From assembly GCA_036655355.1 (NCBI GenBank), contig JAVVQG010000008.1, positions 30,404 to 94,403 of the forward strand: 64,000 bases of DNA, in the 5' to 3' direction. The translations under genes and the position numbers were made by a program. Shown here piece after piece: positions 38,087 through 44,280 of the stretch (position 1 is the first letter of the stretch; every line of letters begins with the position of its first letter). Source of the DNA: Bacteroidales bacterium. GTDB lineage: Bacteria > Bacteroidota > Bacteroidia > Bacteroidales > JAUNSR01. The notes below the pieces were generated by a model. The model searched no databases. It worked only from the letters and a program-made list of their open reading frames with translations, and was not told where the DNA came from.

Positions 38087-38600
38087 ATGGCAAATACATT
38101 TATACTCAAATAACAGATTTTTTTACTAGAATCCGTTTTCGATCGAATAGTCAATAAGTATGATGACAACAAATATGTAAAGCATTTCACCTGTTGGAAT
38201 CAACTACTAACAATGATGTTTAGTCAGTTAACATCAAGAGATAGTTTAAGAGATTTGATCGTTGCAATAGATGCTCATTCTCAGAAAAGCTATCATCTTG
38301 GATTTAGTAAAAATGTAACGTTAATGATGTAATTGTTATGGATGTCATACCTTATGAGATTCGTGCTTACTATATCTTCGATAGAGGATATGTGGATTTT
38401 GCCAGACTCTATACTATAAACAAATTGTCTTCGCAATACGTGATTTGAGCAAAAAAGAATATGAAATATTACAATTTTCAGGAACTTCGCTATTAGATGA
38501 AATTCCTGTAAAAGAGCTCTTTAGTAAAAAAGAATATCAAGAAGTCAAAGATCAAAATAATAACCAGCTGTCACTTAGCTTATTTTAAGTGGACAGCAAG
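38087..38600 (+). mobile_element. IS4-family (DUF4372-type) transposase pseudogene, internally deleted
   Basis: Three fragments are visible: MANTFILK*, then in another frame VKHFTCWNQLLTMMFSQLTSRDSLRDLIVAIDAHSQKSYHLGFSKNVT (the DUF4372 signature), then ...YYIFDRGYVDFARLYTI.... Multiple stops and deletions compress the remnant to about 0.5 kb. Confidence 0.7.
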
Positions 38601-38735
38601 GGTAATTCATGAAATATTCTGTAATGTTAAATTCAAAGATAAATTAAAGGTTTTGATTGGACTGTGTTATTGGTAAAATATTGTAAATTTATAATAATAT
38701 TTTAATTAGTGGCGATTATCATTAAAAACTATATT

Positions 38736-41048
38736 ATGAGATTATTCCTCTCTCTTCTCATTTTTCTCGTTGAATTTTCTTTGTTTGCTCAAGGAGATTG
38801 TTTCCGGGGAAAGGTTATGGATGCATCCGGAGAAACTGTACCTTTTGCCAATGTTGCATTGTATCCTAGTCAAGATAGTACTCGGATAATAAGCGGATAT
38901 ACCACAGACTTAAACGGTATATTTACCATTGATCAATTAACGGCAGGCAAGTATTTACTTAAAGTTTCATATATCGGCTACTCCACGGTTTCTTTCTCTT
39001 TTGAATTGACGGGTTCGGAAAAGACTCCTATCTATCAGGAATTCATTCTCGAGCCATCGTTTATTTCTTTACAGGAAGTTGTGGTAAAAGGAAATAATGT
39101 GACTCAGGGTATCGATAAGTCAACCTATACTTTTACAGATAAACAGATAAATAAAGCCAACGAATCGAGGGAGCTTTTATCCACATTACCCAACATGCAC
39201 ATCGATAAAAGTAGTAATGCCCTTAGCACGATTAACGGCAAAAAGGTCTTGATCCTGATAAACGGTGTTCAGGCCACGGATGCGGATCTGCAACTTATCG
39301 CTGCCGATAAAATACGAAGAGTGGAGTATTATGATGTTCCTCCAATTCGCTATATGGATAATGCGGAAATTGTATTGAATGTCGAAACCAAACCACTGGA
39401 TACCGGATACAGCGGCTCTTTATACGGCACTGTCGGCGAATTTTTTTCCAATGGCACCGCAGCCTTCTCTTTTGTAAAAGGAAACAACAAATTTGTTGTC
39501 AGCTACGGTACGCACGTCAATATAAAACGGAGTGTGAGAGATATAGAGCAGGGAATCTATCTATATCAGATTGGCAATGACGTATATAATTATAAATACA
39601 AAACCTTAAGCAAAGAATGGGGTAATCAAAATAATGCCCGTCTCTCTTACTCCAAGAGCGTAGAAGATGATTTTGACTTTCAAATCAATGTTACGGGAAA
39701 TATTGTTAAGTCAGATTTAAGAGCCGATAAAGAGATCGTAGTGTCCCAAAATCAAGATATCGATGCTTGCTCCGGATTACTCTCGGATTATACGAAGAGT
39801 AAGTCACCTGCGATGGATATTTATTATTCAAAGAAATTCAAGCATAACAACACCCTAATATTCGATGTATTGGGTACAATGTATGATAACAGGCAGCATA
39901 CGGTTTCATCACAGACAGGTAGGTTTGGTTTTGATGACAATCTTATTCTGGATAATAAAAAAAGCTCCATAATCGGAGAACTGGTTTATGAACATGCCCT
40001 CGGAGGAGCAAACATAACCGCAGGATATCGCGGATATTGCAATTTTCTATCCAACAACATACAGAATTCATTATCGGAAGAACGGGTTAAAAACAATATT
40101 GTAACTCAGAAACATCGTCTATACGGAGAGATTAGTGGTCGTGTAGGCTCTTTTATGTACCGAGCCAGTCTGGGGGGAGATTATGACCGGAATAACGATG
40201 CATCCGGATTTGATAATCTGACATTCACACCTCAGTTCTTGCTGGGTTATAATATCAATAAGAAAAATAGCATTCGCCTCACTTATGAGTCGAGTACTTT
40301 GTTACCGAACATCCAACAACTTTCAACCGCTAATATTCTGATCATGGACAAATTCTATCGTTCCGGGAACAAAGATTTGAGTAACGCCCATGTTCAGCAG
40401 TTTAGCCTGCGCCATGCATATACGTTGAATATTTTCTCCTTGCAGACAAAATTGTTTTATCATATGAATCAAAACGGTTTTTTCGACAATTATATATTAA
40501 ATGGCGATAATATTATTCTTCAGACCGCAAATGCCAAAAAAGATCACCAAAGGGGCGCCGAGGTTAGCTTAAACTTTTCTCCCTGGCAATTCCTTCGCAT
40601 CGGGGGAAATGTAAATTTCGTGAATTATGACTTTCAGCCGACAAAGGATGTACCGGCACAAACTTATTGGTCTTATCCGGCTACGGTTTATTTAAATGCC
40701 AGGTATAAAAACTTCTCTTTATATTACCTTCAGAAGTTCGGAGGTAGTTATCTGAACGGACTTTACAAGCGTGGTCTTGAGAAGGCATCTTATCTCAGTC
40801 TCGGATACCAAATAAAAAAGGTAACGATCGAGGCCAAATGTTTCTTTCCTTTTATTAAAAATGAGTTTACAAACGAAACGACAAATCAGAGTCTGATCTT
40901 CAATCAAGCCGATTTCTATAAAAAACGAAAGGACCGAACCTTTGCATTGAGTTTCTCGTGGAACTTCCAGTCTGGTAAACGCAAAAGTTCGATTGAGAAA
41001 AGTATCGAGAATTCAGATGATGATAAGGGTCTTTTTAATGTACGTTGA
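38736..41048 (+). CDS. outer-membrane beta-barrel / TonB-dependent-receptor-like protein with carboxypeptidase-regulatory-like N-domain
   Basis: The signal peptide starts at the internal ATG (MRLFLSLLIFLVEFSLFAQ). It is followed by GKVMDASGETVPFANVALY... and YIGYSTVSF (CarbopepD_reg) and a long beta-barrel. Confidence 0.8.
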   Translation: MRLFLSLLIFLVEFSLFAQGDCFRGKVMDASGETVPFANVALYPSQDSTRIISGYTTDLNGIFTIDQLTAGKYLLKVSYIGYSTVSFSFELTGSEKTPIYQEFILEPSFISLQEVVVKGNNVTQGIDKSTYTFTDKQINKANESRELLSTLPNMHIDKSSNALSTINGKKVLILINGVQATDADLQLIAADKIRRVEYYDVPPIRYMDNAEIVLNVETKPLDTGYSGSLYGTVGEFFSNGTAAFSFVKGNNKFVVSYGTHVNIKRSVRDIEQGIYLYQIGNDVYNYKYKTLSKEWGNQNNARLSYSKSVEDDFDFQINVTGNIVKSDLRADKEIVVSQNQDIDACSGLLSDYTKSKSPAMDIYYSKKFKHNNTLIFDVLGTMYDNRQHTVSSQTGRFGFDDNLILDNKKSSIIGELVYEHALGGANITAGYRGYCNFLSNNIQNSLSEERVKNNIVTQKHRLYGEISGRVGSFMYRASLGGDYDRNNDASGFDNLTFTPQFLLGYNINKKNSIRLTYESSTLLPNIQQLSTANILIMDKFYRSGNKDLSNAHVQQFSLRHAYTLNIFSLQTKLFYHMNQNGFFDNYILNGDNIILQTANAKKDHQRGAEVSLNFSPWQFLRIGGNVNFVNYDFQPTKDVPAQTYWSYPATVYLNARYKNFSLYYLQKFGGSYLNGLYKRGLEKASYLSLGYQIKKVTIEAKCFFPFIKNEFTNETTNQSLIFNQADFYKKRKDRTFALSFSWNFQSGKRKSSIEKSIENSDDDKGLFNVR

Positions 41049-41142
41049 AAGATGTTATTGTGGAATGTACTTATCACTTATTGTTTCAATATTTTCCTTT
41101 CAGATGGAAACACATTGATTCGTTTGGGAAATTTTATCTTGA

Positions 41143-41596
41143 ATAACGATTGTTCAAAAAGAAGGAGTAGTAAGTCCATTGAATGCTATACAGCTGTATT
41201 TCTCCCCAGATGTAGAAATGTCCGGCTATGACGTAATTGAAATTTATAGAAGTCGTTTTCAGATCGAGTTCAATTTTCGCGATGCTAAACAGCATGCTGA
41301 ACTCTGTGGTTCACAAAGTCGCGATATTGACAAGATTAATTTTAACTTTAATGCCTCTCTGACCACAGTAAATCTAGCAAAGGCGTATGCTATCAAGCCA
41401 AACAAGCCTTTTTCAATGGCTTCTGTTAAAACAGTGATGCACAATGCTTTCCTGCTCGAAAGATTTATTGCGGTGTCCGGTATTAATCCGAACAGAAACT
41501 TAAATGACAGACTTTTCAAAGAACTCGTTGAGTTTGCGGCTATTGCCGCTTAGCTCCAATATTGGGTTTTATCGAATATAATAACGAACTATTGTA
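41143..41596 (+). mobile_element. C-terminal fragment of a DDE transposase plus IS right end (copy 2)
   Basis: The open frame from 41143 contains the YRSRFQIEFNFRDAK motif (Y-2-R-3-E-6-K signature of IS4-like DDE enzymes). The N-terminal catalytic part is missing, and the terminus ...acgaactattgtaa abuts repeat E. Confidence 0.75.
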
Positions 41597-41769
41597 AAAG
41601 CAGAAAAGCCAAGATAATCACATCGACTATCTTGGCTTTTCTGCTTTTACTATTGGATTAATATAATTGGTGTTTTGGAACGAACTGACGACAAAGTTTA
41701 TTACAGTCTCGAAATCACAGGAAAATCAAATGCTGATTAACTTTTGTCCAATAAAAGTTGGCAAGTCCA
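41597..41769 (+). repeat. island intergenic repeat, copy E (hairpin + 3' module)
   Basis: Perfect 20-bp-stem hairpin at 41597-41647, identical to copy C. It continues tactattggattaatataattggtgttttggaacgaactgacgacaaagtttattacagtctcgaaatcacaggaaaatcaaatgctgattaacttttgtccaataaaagttggcaagtcca. Confidence 0.85.
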
Positions 41770-41996
41770 CTCTTCTTGCAGTTGAATGTTCCAACCTAAG
41801 GCCACAACCCCAAGGGGTTTCTTTGAAATTATAACGTCCCTCTATTCCTAAGCAACCGTTTATCTCTGAGCCGTCCCTCCATGATAACTACCTAAGGTGT
41901 ATTAAGTCCTGCTGGAATCTCTCCTTCAAATCATTTTTAACTACATAAAGAAACCGGTACCTATTCACGAATAGAAGGGATACCGGTTTCCATATT

Positions 41997-42266
41997 TTAG
42001 AATAATTCGGAGTGACTGCCAAGCCGTAGAATATCTATGAAATCGTTTTTCTCATCAAGCCAAATGAGTAGAAAATCCCCCTCAATATGACATTCAAGGC
42101 ATCCTTTGTATTGGCCGATTAGCCAATGAGCTTTTAACTCTGTTGGGAGCTCTTCTTCGTTTTCGAGTAGCCGAAGGACTTCCAATAGTTTTTCTAATTT
42201 TTTTGGCTGGTTGCGATATTTCTTAAAATCTTTCTTGTATTGCGTGCTATAGCGTAATATTTTCAT
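41997..42266 (-). CDS. type II toxin, YafQ/RelE family mRNA interferase
   Basis: 89 aa: KKDFKKY...LEVLRLLENEEELPTELKAHWLIGQYKGCLECHIEGDFLLIWL...ILRLGSHSELF, the YafQ pattern. Confidence 0.85.
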   Translation of the reverse strand: MKILRYSTQYKKDFKKYRNQPKKLEKLLEVLRLLENEEELPTELKAHWLIGQYKGCLECHIEGDFLLIWLDEKNDFIDILRLGSHSELF

Positions 42267-42514
42267 TCTTCACACGACTTTATGAATGCTTCCATACTGC
42301 TTGTGTCAATCGTTCCGGCATATTTCCCAGCTTTAGCCTCTTCAATGGCAGCAATAGTCGTATTATTGGGCTCATTGTAAATAATCTCCATCAAGATGCT
42401 TTCCACATAGTTATTTAGGCTCCGATGCTCTTTCTTCGCTTCTTCTTTTAGACGATCAAGCAGATCCGAACTAAGTCGGAATGCCGTCTGCTTTCTGTTT
42501 ATGATAGCTTCCAT
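42263..42514 (-). CDS. ribbon-helix-helix antitoxin (RelB/DinJ/CopG-like)
   Basis: It overlaps the toxin start by 4 nt. The start is set at the internal ATG (MEAIINRKQTAFRLSSDLLDRLKEEAKKEHRSLNNYVESIL), and the sequence fits the RHH pattern. Confidence 0.75.
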   Translation of the reverse strand: MEAIINRKQTAFRLSSDLLDRLKEEAKKEHRSLNNYVESILMEIIYNEPNNTTIAAIEEAKAGKYAGTIDTSSMEAFIKSCEE

Positions 42515-42863
42515 ATATGTTATATTATATATCACAAATGTATAACAAATGTATAACACTTAAAAGGCATAAAAGATTTTTATTTTACCGATCGACAAGA
42601 ACTAGTGTATTTACCCGTCGTTTCCCACTCGAAAGGGGAATCGACGAAAAAACGATAATACTACCTTTTTTTCGACCACTTGAGTACGTTGTTAAGTTTC
42701 AGTCTGTTAGAAGTCGAAATGACTCCTCTTGAAATTTCGCTCTTTTTTTGGTTAATTCTTCAGTGAAAGCAAGGGGGAGCGATGCGAATTCCTTCAATAA
42801 TTAACAGTCTCCCAGGGAAAATATCGAAGCATCCTGCAAAAAAGCACAGTGTTCCTAAAAAAA

Positions 42864-42941
42864 GGCGATTTCCCGGCGGACGAAGGCTTATTTCATGGCG
42901 GACGAAGGCTTGTTCCCCGGCGGACGAAAGCTTGTTTCACG
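42864..42941 (+). repeat. tandem 22-bp direct repeats (3 full + 1 partial), left array
   Basis: ggcgatttcccg | gcggacgaaggcttatttcatg | gcggacgaaggcttgttccccg | gcggacgaaagcttgtttcacg. Confidence 0.9.
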
Positions 42942-43353
42942 GCCGTCAAAACAACATTGTCTAGGCATCCGGTAAACGTTTTTCTGCTTCAGTAAAGGGT
43001 TTCGAAGGATCTTTGAGCCAGAAGTTAAGGGCGGCAATCCGCATTGGTCTATTGGTTTTAAAACGAGACTATTAACAATTTCATTTTTACATTGTTAATC
43101 GAAAATGCGTTCATGGCTCTTTCTCTTTTTTAGCTGCGTAAGGATACCGATTGAATGTTAAATTTATGATTCAAGGCGATCAATCGTTGGTTTTTCGGCT
43201 CTTGCTACGCTAGAGAAGGATTCGGAGTCGATTCCGTGTATAGTTGAATAATTGTTTATTTTTGTAAATATAACAACTATTTCTATCAATTCGGTTGATA
43301 ATGAGAAATATAATCTGTTTTTTCTTCCTGTTCAATCGATTTCGGTCCCTTAT

Positions 43354-43860
43354 TTATAAACCCGGCATTTGCTCCCGGTTTTTGCTGATTTTCCGTTCTT
43401 GGCGGTTGATGGTGTTGTAACGTATGTAAGGAATACCTTTCTGATCGGCTATTTTCTCAATCTGTTTTTTGATTTTGCGTACATCTTTAAATCGCATGAA
43501 GCCCAAGTTGATCTCTCTGTTGCCTTTTGCACCGGTGAATACCACCATGCTAGGGTAGAGCGTGATCGATTTGACGCCGTTCCAATGAATGCGGGTGGGG
43601 TATTTTGCAGTGGCATTTTTAAAGGCCATGGAATAGTCGTCGATGACGACATATTTACGGAGTTTATTGAGAACTCCGGAGAGAAATACAAAACCCAATC
43701 CGAGGTACAGGGAAATAACCAAAAGTACTAACGGGCGCGGATTGTATTTGAAAGCTACAATTAGCGCTGCTCCTCCCAATAAGATGTGCAGAATGCCTAA
43801 AACAAGGTATCCTCTTTTATGTCGTTTTCCGGGTGAGTATTCGATCTTGAATTTTTCCAT
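43354..43860 (-). CDS. hypothetical membrane protein (two TM helices + PH-like soluble domain)
   Basis: 168 aa with two adjacent hydrophobic helices (YLVLGILHILLGGAALIVAF and LVLLVISLYLGLGFVFLSGVL). A basic beta-rich domain follows. No motif was recognised. Confidence 0.6.
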   Translation of the reverse strand: MEKFKIEYSPGKRHKRGYLVLGILHILLGGAALIVAFKYNPRPLVLLVISLYLGLGFVFLSGVLNKLRKYVVIDDYSMAFKNATAKYPTRIHWNGVKSITLYPSMVVFTGAKGNREINLGFMRFKDVRKIKKQIEKIADQKGIPYIRYNTINRQERKISKNREQMPGL

Positions 43861-43980
43861 CTCAGTTTTTGTGCTTTTCTATTAAATTAAAACGTTCTGA
43901 GTTTGATTATTGTTTCACACGCAGCAGAATTTATTATTTTTCACTAAATTGCATCACGTCTCATTATCTCTTTAAAAAAG

Positions 43981-44065
43981 CAACCTAATCCTATAAAAAC
44001 GGCTCCGATTCCTATAAAAACGGCACCTGATCCTATAAAAACTACTCCGATTCCTATAAAAAACG
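43981..44065 (+). repeat. tandem 21-bp direct repeats x4 (core TCCTATAAAAAC)
   Basis: caacctaatcctataaaaacgg | ctccgattcctataaaaacgg | cacctgatcctataaaaacta | ctccgattcctataaaaaacg. Confidence 0.9.
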
Positions 44066-44144
44066 TGTGAACCTGCGGTTGAACTTTCGTGTAACCGCGC
44101 TTAAACTTTCGTGTTACCCTGCTTAAACCTTCGTGTAACCGCGG
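44065..44144 (-). repeat. tandem 22-bp direct repeats (3 full + 1 partial), right array, inverted relative to the left array
   Basis: gtgtgaacctgcgg | ttgaactttcgtgtaaccgcgc | ttaaactttcgtgttaccctgc | ttaaaccttcgtgtaaccgcgg. The reverse complement (GCGGTTACACGAAAGTT...) shares the GCGG...ACGAARGYTT core with 42876-42941. Confidence 0.8.
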
Positions 44145-44280
44145 TCTCGACACCTTTTTCGTGCTTCCGGTAGATGTTTTCTCCTTTCCCGTTACTATTT
44201 CCCAAAAACAGGATCACTTTCATGCCGGATGTTCAGTTTTTCGTTCCTTTTGTTTATTTTTGGCCGTTATTCCCTGATTT

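Noticed and set aside
41868-41874. GAGCCGT, the first bases of a group II intron domain V.
   Set aside because: There is no complementary ACGGYTC partner within 40 nt, no GNRA loop context and no reverse transcriptase/maturase ORF.
42782-42964. 60-aa ORF across the left 22-bp array.
   Set aside because: It has the same problem: it is generated by reading through tandem 22-bp units, and it is basic and low-complexity with no context.
43218-43236. tRNA-like T-arm fragment (ggattcggagtcgattcc) that might mark an att site at the island edge.
   Set aside because: The two halves are not complementary, so there is no T-stem. No acceptor or anticodon arms can be drawn, and there is no matching direct repeat at the other island end.
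28500-43350. Prophage or integrative conjugative element.
   Set aside because: No integrase, capsid/terminase, relaxase or conjugation genes are present. The only mobility traces are three non-functional IS fragments.
42864-44144. Possible CRISPR array, suggested by the regularly spaced 21/22-bp repeats.
   Set aside because: The units are contiguous head-to-tail with no spacers and only 3-4 copies each. The repeat sequences are imperfect, and no cas genes are in the window. These are tandem repeats, not CRISPR.
43944-44153. 69-aa ORF encoding a FIGIGAV-repeat glycine-zipper peptide.
   Set aside because: It has a GTG start with no supporting context. Its N-terminal half is read through 22-bp repeats that are out of codon phase. 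The periodicity is better explained at the DNA level. It is kept only as an alternative hypothesis in the findings.
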